In this document: one piece after another, positions 1-8,302 of the stretch
How positions within the stretch are numbered: the first letter of the stretch is position 1
Layout: every line of letters begins with the position of its first letter
Source: Pseudomonadota bacterium
GTDB taxonomy: Bacteria; Pseudomonadota; Gammaproteobacteria; Burkholderiales; JABEVD01
Assembly: GCA_021802545.1 (NCBI GenBank)
Contig: JAJZRS010000006.1
Location: 9,308 to 73,307 of the forward strand
Direction: 5' to 3'
DNA length: 64,000 nucleotides
Notes under the pieces: generated by a model
Seen by the model: only the letters and a program-made list of their open reading frames with translations
Databases searched by the model: none
What the model was told of the DNA's origin: nothing
Position numbers and translations under genes: made by a program

Positions 1-117
1 AACGTCCGCCGAAATACAGGCGCGCCTTCCCGCTTCCCTGGCCAGTTCGCCGGCGCGCAGGCTGTCGAGCCAGAACCAGGCGAGCAGGGCGAACAGGAAG
101 AGGAAAAAATAATCCAT
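1..117 (-). CDS. DUF3301-like small membrane protein, 5' part only (gene continues past the left edge)
   Basis: Reverse translation from the ATG at 117 gives MDYFFLFLFALLAWFWLDSLRAGELAREAGRRACISADV... This is a hydrophobic helix followed by W-x-DSLRA, a pattern I associate with DUF3301. An alternative ATG lies at 126. It is absent from the ORF track because there is no in-window stop. Confidence 0.45.
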   Translation of the reverse strand, partial: MDYFFLFLFALLAWFWLDSLRAGELAREAGRRACISADV

Positions 118-245
118 CGCTGCCATTCTACCATGCAATATTTTCTCCGGTTTGCGTCACCAAGCCGCAATATCCATCCCGTATATTTCTCCGGCTGCAG
201 ATTTCGAGCACATCGGAAGATTCCTATGCCGCTCCGCGCATTCCC

Positions 246-611
246 ATGAAACAATCAGCTCATGCCGATGTTCCTGAAAATGCATCAGGGTTATTCTGCA
301 GGTGCGTAAATTGGGAAAATTTTGACATGGACATCTTTCTTCAGCCCGGCGAGCTCTATTTCGGCGACAGCGATACCTGCATCAGGACGGTGCTCGGTTC
401 ATGCGTTTCGCTGACTTTCTGGCACCCGAAACTGCTGGGCGGCGGGAACATGTTCCCGAAGCTGAGCGCCGGAAAATACCACATCGGGCTGAACAACATC
501 AGGATGGCGCGCAAGCTCGTCGCTCAGCACGGCTTCAATTGCATGTCGGAGCATCTGGGCGGCACAGGGCACAGGCACGTGATCTTCGACATCGAAAGCG
601 GAAACGTCTGA
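246..611 (+). CDS. cheD: CheD-like protein, internally shortened (probably non-catalytic remnant)
   Basis: It has the CheD N-terminal block PGELYFG..IRTVLGSCVSLTF and the C-terminal block GGGNMF..IGLNNIRMARKLV..EHLGGTGHRHVIFDIESG. The central segment with GGxxH(F/V)MLP is absent. The product is only 121 aa. Confidence 0.5.
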   Translation: MKQSAHADVPENASGLFCRCVNWENFDMDIFLQPGELYFGDSDTCIRTVLGSCVSLTFWHPKLLGGGNMFPKLSAGKYHIGLNNIRMARKLVAQHGFNCMSEHLGGTGHRHVIFDIESGNV

Positions 612-716
612 GTGAAGCATGTCGAGATTGCACGCGAGGCCGACAGGCGCAAGGCTGCCACTGCCTGAGTCCACAGGCAAGACTAGAATGAAATGGCATA
701 CATCGAAAGGATGACG

Positions 717-1700
717 ATGAAAGCCATGATCCTCGATACACCGGGCATGCCCCTGAGGCTCGCCGAAATTCCGATCCCTGAGCCCCAAGAGAACGAAATA
801 TTGCTGAAGGTGCATGCCTGCGGCGTGTGCAGGACGGATCTTCACGTCACCGACGGCGAGCTCGAAAAACCTGCTCTTCCACTCATTCCCGGACACGAAA
901 TCATAGGAACGGTCGCTGAAGCAGGCGCGCATGCGTCCAGGTTCAGGATCGGGCAGAGAATAGGGGTGCCCTGGCTGGGAAAGACCTGCGGGCATTGCAG
1001 ATACTGCAGGAGCGGACGCGAGAACCTGTGCGATGATGCGAAATTCACGGGATATACCCTGAACGGCGGATATGCAGAATATGCGGTTGCGAACGAGAAC
1101 TACTGTTTCCCGATTCCGGACGCCTATCCTGATGCAGAGGCAGCGCCCTTGCTGTGCGCAGGGCTCATCGGCTACCGCGCGCTGCGCGCAGCGGGGGACG
1201 CCGAGAAAATCGGAATATACGGTTTCGGCGCCGCAGCCCACATCGTCGCCCAGGTGGCCAAATGGCAGGGAAGGAAGATCTACGCCTTCGCAAGGCCCGG
1301 GGATAGTGAGGCACGGAAATTCGCGATGGATCTGGGCGCGGTCTGGGCGGGTGATTCGGGTGAGGCGCCTCCGGATGAGCTTGATGCGGCGATCATCTTC
1401 GCTCCGGTGGGTTCCCTCGTTCCGGAAGCATTGAGAAACATTTCGAAGGGCGGAATTGCGGTCTGCGCAGGCATACACATGAGCGACATTCCGGGTTTTC
1501 CCTATTCGATTCTATGGGGGGAGAGGAGGCTTTGCTCGATCGCGAACCTGACCAGAGGCGACGGCGAGGAGTTCTTCGGGATCGCGCGTCAATCCGGCGT
1601 CAGGACGGAAATCGAGACGTTTCCTCTCGTCGATGCGAACGAAGCATTGAAGCGGCTGAAAGAGGGTAAAATCAGGGGAGCTGCAGTCCTCCTCGCGTGA
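717..1700 (+). CDS. Zinc-dependent alcohol dehydrogenase family (MDR) protein
   Basis: It has ACGVCRTDLH and PLIPGHEIIGTV zinc-ligand motifs, a structural-zinc cluster CGHCRYCRSGRENLC, and a GxGxxA Rossmann motif (IYGFGAAAH). The start was moved to ATG 717 (MKAMILD), which is preceded by AAAGGA. Confidence 0.85.
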   Translation: MKAMILDTPGMPLRLAEIPIPEPQENEILLKVHACGVCRTDLHVTDGELEKPALPLIPGHEIIGTVAEAGAHASRFRIGQRIGVPWLGKTCGHCRYCRSGRENLCDDAKFTGYTLNGGYAEYAVANENYCFPIPDAYPDAEAAPLLCAGLIGYRALRAAGDAEKIGIYGFGAAAHIVAQVAKWQGRKIYAFARPGDSEARKFAMDLGAVWAGDSGEAPPDELDAAIIFAPVGSLVPEALRNISKGGIAVCAGIHMSDIPGFPYSILWGERRLCSIANLTRGDGEEFFGIARQSGVRTEIETFPLVDANEALKRLKEGKIRGAAVLLA

Positions 1701-1731
1701 TGTACAATAGCGCTTTCACTTGGACAATGAA

Positions 1732-2028
1732 ATGGCGGATTCGATACCATTCAGGATAGACGGGGACGTCGTGGGGTTCACCGCGGTCGAAGTCAGGCCG
1801 ACAGGCCTGAATTTCTACGGCCCGAAGGGCTTCTTCAGCCCGGCGATGGTTTCCAAAAGCTTCGCCTATATCGACATCGCCGACATCGAGCTCGTCGTCA
1901 ACAAGTTCGGCGCGGACAACGTGACCATCCATTTCAAGGAGGCTTCGAAGCTTCCGTTCATCTTCCAGACCTACAAGGACGCGGGCCCGAGAATCGCTGC
2001 GGCAGTCAAGGCAGTGCTGCAGGACTGA
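1732..2028 (+). CDS. Hypothetical protein
   Basis: This is an intact ORF between two same-strand genes. I recognise no family. The start is uncertain (TTG 1720 or ATG 1732). Confidence 0.4.
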   Translation: MADSIPFRIDGDVVGFTAVEVRPTGLNFYGPKGFFSPAMVSKSFAYIDIADIELVVNKFGADNVTIHFKEASKLPFIFQTYKDAGPRIAAAVKAVLQD

Positions 2029-2104
2029 CGCCTCGCATGCATTTTGCTTGCTTCATCATGTTCAGCCTTTTTTGTCTGAAAAATGACAAGGCGATATTCC
2101 GGAT

Positions 2105-2968
2105 ATGACCATGAAGCATAGCGACGAACTGATCCAGACCCATCCTTCGCTCGGCATTTTCAGGCTGGCTGCGCTTTCCGCATGCAGCGACGGTGCGCTA
2201 GACGAAGAGACGCTGGAGAACATGTTCGAACAAGTGGAAAGCGGCGCGCTCGCCGGCCTGTCGCCGCTCGACGCCTGGGGGGAGATGCGGCCTGGCCTCA
2301 TGGCGCAGAAGCCTTCCAACATGCTGAGCGCACTTTATGCGTGCGGCGCGCTGCAGGAAGTGCTGCCCGAAGTGTCCGCGCTGTTCGGCGTTCCCCAGAT
2401 CGCGGACGATCCGCCCCAGGTCGATATCGGCCTTCATCTGCTGCGCGTGCTGGACCAGGCTGCATCGCACAATGCGCCGCTCTCGGTGCGCTTTTCGGCG
2501 CTCGTCATGAATGTCGGCAAATCGGATTCCCCGCCCGAGCATCTGCCCATCCATTACCGCCACGTCGAACGCGGCCGCCCCAGGATAGAATCGATCTGCA
2601 GGCGCTTCGCCCTGCCTGAAGACTGCCTCGATCTCGCGCTGCTTGCGCTCCAAGAATGCGAACGCGTGCACAGGGTGTCCGAGGTGCGCGCAGGTCCGAT
2701 AGCGGACATGCTGGAGCGGCTCGACGCGTTCGACAATAGAAAGCGCTTCGACCTATTGATGATGCTATGCGCATGCGATTTCCTGGCCTACGGAAAGCAG
2801 GCAAATTATCCCAAGTCAGCCCTGCTTTACGATACGCTGCATGCCTGCTCTGGCATCGACGGGAAGCGGATGGCGCAGGGTTTTCCGCAGGCGGAAGCCA
2901 GGGACGCGCTGCGCCAGGCGAGGGCTGCCGCCATCGCCAAAGCGCTGCGTTCGGAACGCTGGTCCTGA
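2105..2968 (+). CDS. CCA-adding-enzyme (tRNA nucleotidyltransferase) paralog lacking the polymerase head and with a degenerate HD motif
   Basis: It aligns by eye to the neck/body/HD-tail of E. coli Cca (LPEVSALFGVPQ..DIGLHLL..VRFSALV..LDLALLA..HRV..RFDLL). The N-terminal ~140-aa pol-beta domain is missing. The HD residues are replaced (PPQVDIGLH for WHPEIDTGIH; VMNVGK for CHDLGK). Confidence 0.65.
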   Translation: MTMKHSDELIQTHPSLGIFRLAALSACSDGALDEETLENMFEQVESGALAGLSPLDAWGEMRPGLMAQKPSNMLSALYACGALQEVLPEVSALFGVPQIADDPPQVDIGLHLLRVLDQAASHNAPLSVRFSALVMNVGKSDSPPEHLPIHYRHVERGRPRIESICRRFALPEDCLDLALLALQECERVHRVSEVRAGPIADMLERLDAFDNRKRFDLLMMLCACDFLAYGKQANYPKSALLYDTLHACSGIDGKRMAQGFPQAEARDALRQARAAAIAKALRSERWS

Positions 2969-2972
2969 GCGT

Positions 2973-3416
2973 TCAGTATTCCTTGTAGGGAAGGAACTTG
3001 CCGCTCATGACGATGTGCACGCGGTCTCCCTTCGGATCGGGTTCCCTGCTGATGTTCATCGAGAAATCGATGGCGCTCATGATGCCGTCGCCGAATTCCT
3101 CGTGTATCAGCTCCTTGATCGTGCTTCCGTACACGTTCACGAGTTCGTAGAGGCGGTAGATCAACGGATCGGTAGGCACAGCAGAGGGCAGAGATCCCTT
3201 GTAGGGGACTACCTGGAGCATCTCGACCGCCTCGTCGGGAAGCCCGAGCATCTCGCCCGCCTTTTCGGCCTGTTCTGAATTCAGGGTCATCTGCCCCAGC
3301 AAGGCGGCAGTCGTCCATTCCTTGCTTTTTCCGATGCCTTGCGCGAGCTCGGACCACTTGATTCGTTTCCTGTGCTTTGCGGCCAGGACGAGTTCCGTTG
3401 CTTCTTCACGAGTCAT
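2973..3416 (-). CDS. cynS: Cyanase (cyanate hydratase)
   Basis: There is full-length similarity to CynS (..KWSELAQGIGKSKEWTTAALLGQ..PYKGSLP..DPLIYRLYE..YG.TIKELIHEEFGDGIMSAIDF). The start was trimmed to MTREEATEL, giving 147 aa. Confidence 0.92.
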   Translation of the reverse strand: MTREEATELVLAAKHRKRIKWSELAQGIGKSKEWTTAALLGQMTLNSEQAEKAGEMLGLPDEAVEMLQVVPYKGSLPSAVPTDPLIYRLYELVNVYGSTIKELIHEEFGDGIMSAIDFSMNISREPDPKGDRVHIVMSGKFLPYKEY

Positions 3417-3468
3417 ATCTTTCTCCTGAAATCGGATTGCCGAAGAAAAGAACATAACATGGCTGAAT

Positions 3469-3715
3469 TCAGTTGTCCTTGCGGAACCTGTAGGCGATGG
3501 CCGAAATCACTGCGCCCTGAGGATCCTGGATCACGCAGAAACGGCCAACTTCCGGTATGTCGCGGGGAGGCACGATGATCTTTCCGCCGAGCTCCGCGCA
3601 TTTCGCTGCAATCGCATCCGCATCATCCGGTGTAGAACGCCTTGGCCGCTTCCACATCGGTCGTCATCAATTCGCACCAGCTGAAGAAACCTTGTTTCGT
3701 GAACCGTTCGTCCAT
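3469..3715 (-). pseudogene. VOC/glyoxalase-family gene with internal deletion and frameshift
   Basis: The ATG at 3715 has RBS AGGGAGA and gives [30 protein letters not shown] followed by a stop. The C-terminal VOC block [44 protein letters not shown] continues in another frame (track ORF 3469..3657). The middle of the domain is missing. Confidence 0.7.
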
Positions 3716-3833
3716 GCCGTTCTCCCTGTGATGTTTCCCTACAGTATAGGCGCCATGATGCGGATTGAACGGGGATCGCCTGATCGGGTGCTATGATGAT
3801 ATTCATGATCGATGCGCGGGATGGGAGGTATCC

Positions 3834-4379
3834 ATGGGCAAATGCATGCCGGTGTTCCTGTGGGCGAGCCTTTCCGCATCAGCGGCGGGGCCCGTCGTGA
3901 GCACGGCCATTTCGGGACAGGGCATTACGGTCGAAAGCTCGGTCTTCCTGCCTATCGAACCATGCCAGGCCTATTCGATGCTGAGCGACTACGCAGCGCT
4001 CCCGGAATTCATCCCGGGCCTGAAGGAAAGCAGGCCGGTGCGCCTCTCTCCCACCGAGGCCAGCGTTGTCCAGATCGGCGAAGTGCAGGTCTTCATTTTT
4101 ACCGTCAGGATGGAATCGAAGCTGGACATGAGGGAGACGCCGGGGAAGCGCATCACCTTCAGGCAGGTCAGCGGGGATTTCGCATCATACGGAGGGGAAT
4201 GGGATTTTCTCGGCGTTCAGGGTGGAACGCGCGTCAGCTATCGCGCGAGGATGACTTTCAAGCCCTATGTTCCGCTCACCCTTGCCAGGTCTGTGCTTGA
4301 CGAGGACGTCTTGAAGAAGTTCGAGGCGATAGAAAAAGAGGCGGCAAGGAAAGGCGGCTCCCTGTCATGTTCCGGGTAG
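3834..4379 (+). CDS. SRPBCC (START/polyketide-cyclase-like) family protein with signal peptide
   Basis: Start ATG 3834 follows GGGAGG. The N-terminus MGKCMPVFLWASLSASAAG is hydrophobic. The body resembles SRPBCC lipid-binding folds (..YSMLSDYAALPEFIPG..F.QVSGDF..YGGEW.F). Confidence 0.6.
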   Translation: MGKCMPVFLWASLSASAAGPVVSTAISGQGITVESSVFLPIEPCQAYSMLSDYAALPEFIPGLKESRPVRLSPTEASVVQIGEVQVFIFTVRMESKLDMRETPGKRITFRQVSGDFASYGGEWDFLGVQGGTRVSYRARMTFKPYVPLTLARSVLDEDVLKKFEAIEKEAARKGGSLSCSG

Positions 4380-4415
4380 CCTTTTGGTGCTATGATCCCG
4401 CCGAAAGGAGGAGAA

Positions 4416-5255
4416 ATGAATCACGTCGAAGACCTGCTCAAAAGCCTTTTCATCATGGCATCCCTCGTCGAGGCGAGAGACCCTTACACCGGCGGGCATC
4501 TCTGGCGCGTGGCCCAGTTCTCCCAGCTTCTCGCAGCCAAGGCGGGATTGCCGCCCAGAGACATCGCCAGGATAGCGCTCGGCGGTTTCCTGCACGACCT
4601 GGGCAAGATCGGGGTGCCGGATGCCATCCTCAACAAGCCTGACAGGCTGACCGATGAGGAATTCGAAGTGATCAAGACCCATCCTTCCGTCGGAGGCAGG
4701 CTCTTGTCGGGCCATCCGCTCGCTGAATTGGCCAGGGACGCCGTCCTTTCCCATCACGAGCGGCCGGACAGGCAGGGGTACCCCAATGGCCTTGGCGCGG
4801 ATGAAGTCTCGGTCGATGCGAAGATCGTGGGGATAGCAGACGCATTCGATGCCATGACGAGCACCCGTCCCTACCGGCGCGGGATGGCGCTTGAGGCCGC
4901 GCTTTCCATTATCGAAAAATGCCTGGGAACCCAGTTCGACCTGGAACTGGGGAAACTGTTCCTGTCCATGGGAAGGGAAGGGGGGCTCGACCATGTCGTC
5001 GGGCATTCCGACGCAGGCATCCCGCTCCAGGAATGCCCGGAATGCGGGCCGACCATCGTCATCAGGCGCGACCAGGAGAACGGCGATTTCGTCTATTGCA
5101 GGAAATGCGGCTACAAGACGACGGTGATCAGGGAGGACGGAACCTTTTCCATCGCAGAGACGGACGATCACGGCAATGCGGAAGAGCTCGAGCCTGAAGT
5201 CGATGTCGCCCTGATCGACGAGCTCGTCATGGAAGCGGCAAGCGTCATCGGCTGA
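4416..5255 (+). CDS. HD-GYP domain c-di-GMP phosphodiesterase with C-terminal CxxC..CxxC zinc ribbon
   Basis: Motifs are GGHLWRV, FLHDLGKIGVPD and HHERPDRQGYPNGL. The C-terminus is CPECGP..(16)..CRKCGY. RBS AAAGGAGGAG precedes ATG 4416. Confidence 0.85.
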   Translation: MNHVEDLLKSLFIMASLVEARDPYTGGHLWRVAQFSQLLAAKAGLPPRDIARIALGGFLHDLGKIGVPDAILNKPDRLTDEEFEVIKTHPSVGGRLLSGHPLAELARDAVLSHHERPDRQGYPNGLGADEVSVDAKIVGIADAFDAMTSTRPYRRGMALEAALSIIEKCLGTQFDLELGKLFLSMGREGGLDHVVGHSDAGIPLQECPECGPTIVIRRDQENGDFVYCRKCGYKTTVIREDGTFSIAETDDHGNAEELEPEVDVALIDELVMEAASVIG

Positions 5256-5256
5256 T

Positions 5257-6717
5257 TCAGGTCGATATTTCCGGGTGCTTTTCCCTGACGAGATTGTCGA
5301 TCAGGTCCATAACCTCGTTGCTCGCGGATTCCGCACCCTGCATGGCCGAAATGATCTTGTCGTGCATTGAGGTTTTCGTCTTCCACTCGCCTTCCATGGC
5401 ATCCAGCATGCCGCGCACGCAGCCATGCACCCTGCGGTGCGGCTCGAGCAGCTTCCCGTAGGAGGGGAGTTTTCCGAATTTCTGCTTGCCTTCGCCTTCG
5501 TTGTACCATTTTCCCAGGCGGCAGTTGTCGTGGTCGACGCTGACCGCCCGCAGGCTTTCATCGTCGGCATGGTCGATCACGACATAGGCGCGCTGCTTGT
5601 AGACCACGTGGTCGACCTTGACCAGGGACGCGAAACTCAGATCCTGGACGTAGTTCGCGTTCGTCATGGTCTGGGTGGCCGATGCATAGAAGCTGTTGAA
5701 TCCGGACTCCATCTGCCCGATGACGGACTGAGAGGCATCCGCGCTCTCCTTCATTTCCTCCGAATCGGTCAGCATGGAGGCTGCGTCTTTCTGCAGGGTC
5801 AGCATGATCTCGCCTATCGATTCGGAAGCATGCTTGGTGTTTTCGGCAAGCTTCCTCACTTCGTCGGCGACGACGGCGAATCCTCGGCCGGCTTCGCCGG
5901 CCCTGGCCGCTTCGATCGCTGCATTCAATGCGAGCAGGTTGGTCTGGTCGGCGATCGAATTGATCAGCTCGACAGCCTGGCTGATTTCTATGCTTCTCGC
6001 GTTGAGCCTCTCGATCGTGTCGCTCGCCCTGTGGATGCGCTCTGCGATGCCGTTGAGGCGCTCGACAGCTTCCTTCACCAGTTCCTTGCCCGTGTCGGCA
6101 TCGGCGCTGGTCTTGCTTGCAAGCTCCGTGACTTCTTCCATCTTGTTGGTGATGACCTTGAGGTCGTCCTGGCTCGAGGCGAGATTGCGCAGCAGATTGG
6201 AGGTGTTGAGATGGTGGGCGCGCGAGACGAGGCTGGACATCATGGCGTCTCTTTTCTGTTCGGCCATCCCGTCGAGCAGGACGTTCTGGTTCTCGAGCCC
6301 CTTCCTGAAGTCGCCGTGCAGGCCGACAGGCATGGTATGGCGGTAGAATTTCCCTTCCAGGTTGCTCCTGAAGGTGGTTTCCTGCTCCCTGAAGAAGGCG
6401 CCGAGCTGGTCGAGCATGTCGTTCAGGTCCCAGCATAGGCGCCCGATCTCGTTCTTGTCTGACACGCCGGTGATGCGGCTGTTGAAGCGCCCCTGGGCAA
6501 CCTCAGAGATCAGATTGTCCAGCTTGGGCAGGGGATCGAGCCAGCGCCTCACCATGATTCCGCCCGCCGCCGCCGCGATGGCAGTGACCAGGGGGAAGGC
6601 GATCAATATCGGGCTGAAGGCGTGAAAGGCGTAGGCGATGGGAAGTACCGGAAGGGTGAGGGCAGGGGCCGCCCAGAGCAGTCGAACGATGTTAGAGCGT
6701 ATGGATGAATTCGTCAT
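5257..6717 (-). CDS. Methyl-accepting chemotaxis protein: membrane hairpin-HAMP-MA domain-C-terminal CZB zinc-binding domain
   Basis: It has the highly conserved MA hairpin [38 protein letters not shown]. The N-terminal hydrophobic hairpin has no periplasmic domain. The C-terminal [10 protein letters not shown]...HRRVHGC is CZB-like. Confidence 0.9.
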   Translation of the reverse strand: MTNSSIRSNIVRLLWAAPALTLPVLPIAYAFHAFSPILIAFPLVTAIAAAAGGIMVRRWLDPLPKLDNLISEVAQGRFNSRITGVSDKNEIGRLCWDLNDMLDQLGAFFREQETTFRSNLEGKFYRHTMPVGLHGDFRKGLENQNVLLDGMAEQKRDAMMSSLVSRAHHLNTSNLLRNLASSQDDLKVITNKMEEVTELASKTSADADTGKELVKEAVERLNGIAERIHRASDTIERLNARSIEISQAVELINSIADQTNLLALNAAIEAARAGEAGRGFAVVADEVRKLAENTKHASESIGEIMLTLQKDAASMLTDSEEMKESADASQSVIGQMESGFNSFYASATQTMTNANYVQDLSFASLVKVDHVVYKQRAYVVIDHADDESLRAVSVDHDNCRLGKWYNEGEGKQKFGKLPSYGKLLEPHRRVHGCVRGMLDAMEGEWKTKTSMHDKIISAMQGAESASNEVMDLIDNLVREKHPEIST

Positions 6718-7210
6718 AGCTCATTCCTTTTTGCGAAAGAATATCGAGGAGAAGCTTCGTGGAAGCGGCGATGGCGTCCTTTGCGCCTGCGCGCTGCTCT
6801 TCTTCGAGCATGATGCGGTAGACATCGCCCATGGTCTTGACGACGGCAGGATCGGGCTTCCTTCTCACCGAAAAGTAGCCGGTGATGTTGCCCTGATGGT
6901 CGAGCATGGGGGTGACATTGGCGAACACCCAGTAGAAGCTGCCGTCCTTTGCCAGGTTCTTGACGTATGCGCTGCATTCGTCGCCCGAGCTGATGACATC
7001 CCAAAGCAGCTTGAAAACGGCGCGCGGCATGTCGGGATGGCGGATGATGTTGTGCTGCGTGCCGAGCAGCTCTTCCTCGCTGTAGCCCGAGAATTCGATG
7101 AAAATTCGGTTCCCGTATGTGATCCTGCCTTTCAAGTCGGTCATCGAAACGATGAAATCGTTTTCGCGCATGACCTTCTCGACCCCCGTCGGTGATATCT
7201 TGTTCTTCAT
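6692..7210 (-). CDS. Stand-alone Aer-type PAS (FAD-type) sensor protein
   Basis: The segment [65 protein letters not shown] closely resembles the Aer PAS domain. It overlaps the MCP start by 26 nt. The start was set at ATG 7210. Confidence 0.85.
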   Translation of the reverse strand: MKNKISPTGVEKVMRENDFIVSMTDLKGRITYGNRIFIEFSGYSEEELLGTQHNIIRHPDMPRAVFKLLWDVISSGDECSAYVKNLAKDGSFYWVFANVTPMLDHQGNITGYFSVRRKPDPAVVKTMGDVYRIMLEEEQRAGAKDAIAASTKLLLDILSQKGMSYDEFIHTL

Positions 7211-7295
7211 GACCCCTCTTCCTGGAGTTGAATTCGGCATTTTTGCCTACTACAAGGATACCCTATTTTCGTCTAAAGAGTTAATATCATTATCT

Positions 7296-7709
7296 ATGTG
7301 GATACAGAAGGAAATCGGGCTTGAACCGAAGGCGAGGGGCTTTCATCTCGTCACCGGCGAGATACTCGGCGAGCTGCCCGAAATCGGGAATTTCAGGGTA
7401 GGCATGATGAATCTCTTCATCCTGCACACGTCTGCATCGCTCACGCTCAACGAGAACGCGGATCCCACGGTCAGGCGGGATTTCGAGACCTGTTTCGACA
7501 GGATTGTTCCTGAAGGGGACTATTTCCACAGCGACGAAGGGCTGGACGATCTGCCTGCGCACGTCAAGTCAAGCCTGCTCGGCTCAAGCGTCTACATTCC
7601 GATTTCGAACGGCAGGCTGAGGCTGGGCGCATGGCAGGGGATCTATCTGTGCGAGCACAGGAATCATGGAGGCACCCGCCGGATCGTCGTCACCCTGCAC
7701 GGGGAATAG
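7296..7709 (+). CDS. yjbQ: YjbQ/UPF0047 family (secondary thiamine-phosphate synthase) protein
   Basis: The sequence MWIQKEI.L..K.RGFHLVT.EI...LPE......G..NLFILHTSASLTLNENADP.VR.D....RIVPE...Y.H..EG.DD.PAHVKSSLLG.S..IPI..G.L.LG.WQGIYL.EHR is the typical family signature. The product is 137 aa. Confidence 0.85.
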   Translation: MWIQKEIGLEPKARGFHLVTGEILGELPEIGNFRVGMMNLFILHTSASLTLNENADPTVRRDFETCFDRIVPEGDYFHSDEGLDDLPAHVKSSLLGSSVYIPISNGRLRLGAWQGIYLCEHRNHGGTRRIVVTLHGE

Positions 7710-7711
7710 GC

Positions 7712-8284
7712 TCATCGCCAGGCGAGGATGTTCGGGGTCTTTCTCGAGGAAGGCTCTGTTTTCACGGCAGGATATCCGATCACGATCGGGGCGATCGCCT
7801 CGAATTCGGCTGGGATGCCGAGCTCCGTTTTTGAAAGGTTGATCGCATCGACTGAAGAGCCGATGACGCAGGTGCCGATCCCCATTGAGCAGGCGGCGAG
7901 CATCAGGTTCTCGGCGGCGAGCCAGCAGTCCGCTTCAGAGAAGGTCGAGGGCTTCGCGCAGATGACGATCAAGGTGCCAGCGCCGTGAAAGACGTCGAAA
8001 TCAGGATCGGAGAATGAAGCCGGCGCATGGTGAAGCTTTTCGAGGAAGAGCGGCTTTGCCCTGTCGGACAGCGCCTTCAGCAGCTCACGATCACTGACCA
8101 CGACGAAAGCCCAGGGTTCGAGATGCATGGCGCTAGGCGCCCTGACCGCTGCATCCAGCAGCCCTTCGACGGTTTTCCTGGAGATTTTCTCTTCCGAATA
8201 GCTTCTCACCGAAGCGCGAGAAAATATCGACTCGATCGCGCTGCTGTTGTTCGATGCCATGCACATGATTTCCTCCTGCTCCAT
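7712..8284 (-). CDS. Nitroreductase family protein
   Basis: It has R.SVRSY....I.......LLDAA.RAPSA...EPW.FVVV and a C-terminal G.G.C.IG pattern. The exact start is uncertain among three Met codons. Confidence 0.8.
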   Translation of the reverse strand: MEQEEIMCMASNNSSAIESIFSRASVRSYSEEKISRKTVEGLLDAAVRAPSAMHLEPWAFVVVSDRELLKALSDRAKPLFLEKLHHAPASFSDPDFDVFHGAGTLIVICAKPSTFSEADCWLAAENLMLAACSMGIGTCVIGSSVDAINLSKTELGIPAEFEAIAPIVIGYPAVKTEPSSRKTPNILAWR

Positions 8285-8302
8285 CTGAGGATAGCACAGA
8301 GG

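Noticed and set aside
399-1478. 359-aa ORF antisense to the alcohol dehydrogenase gene. Similar long antisense ORFs are 5425-6438(+), 9567-11327(-), 12644-14335(+), 17314-18417(+), 18410-19222(+), 23773-25971(+), 29747-31951(-), 32000-33400(-), 41951-43183(+), 47306-48094(-), 49881-51110(-), 61644-62369(+) and 63090-63926(-).
   Set aside because: Each lies opposite a gene with unmistakable family motifs. Their translations are Arg/Ala/Gly/Pro-rich and low-complexity, with no recognisable motifs. Stop-free antisense frames are expected in GC-rich coding DNA.
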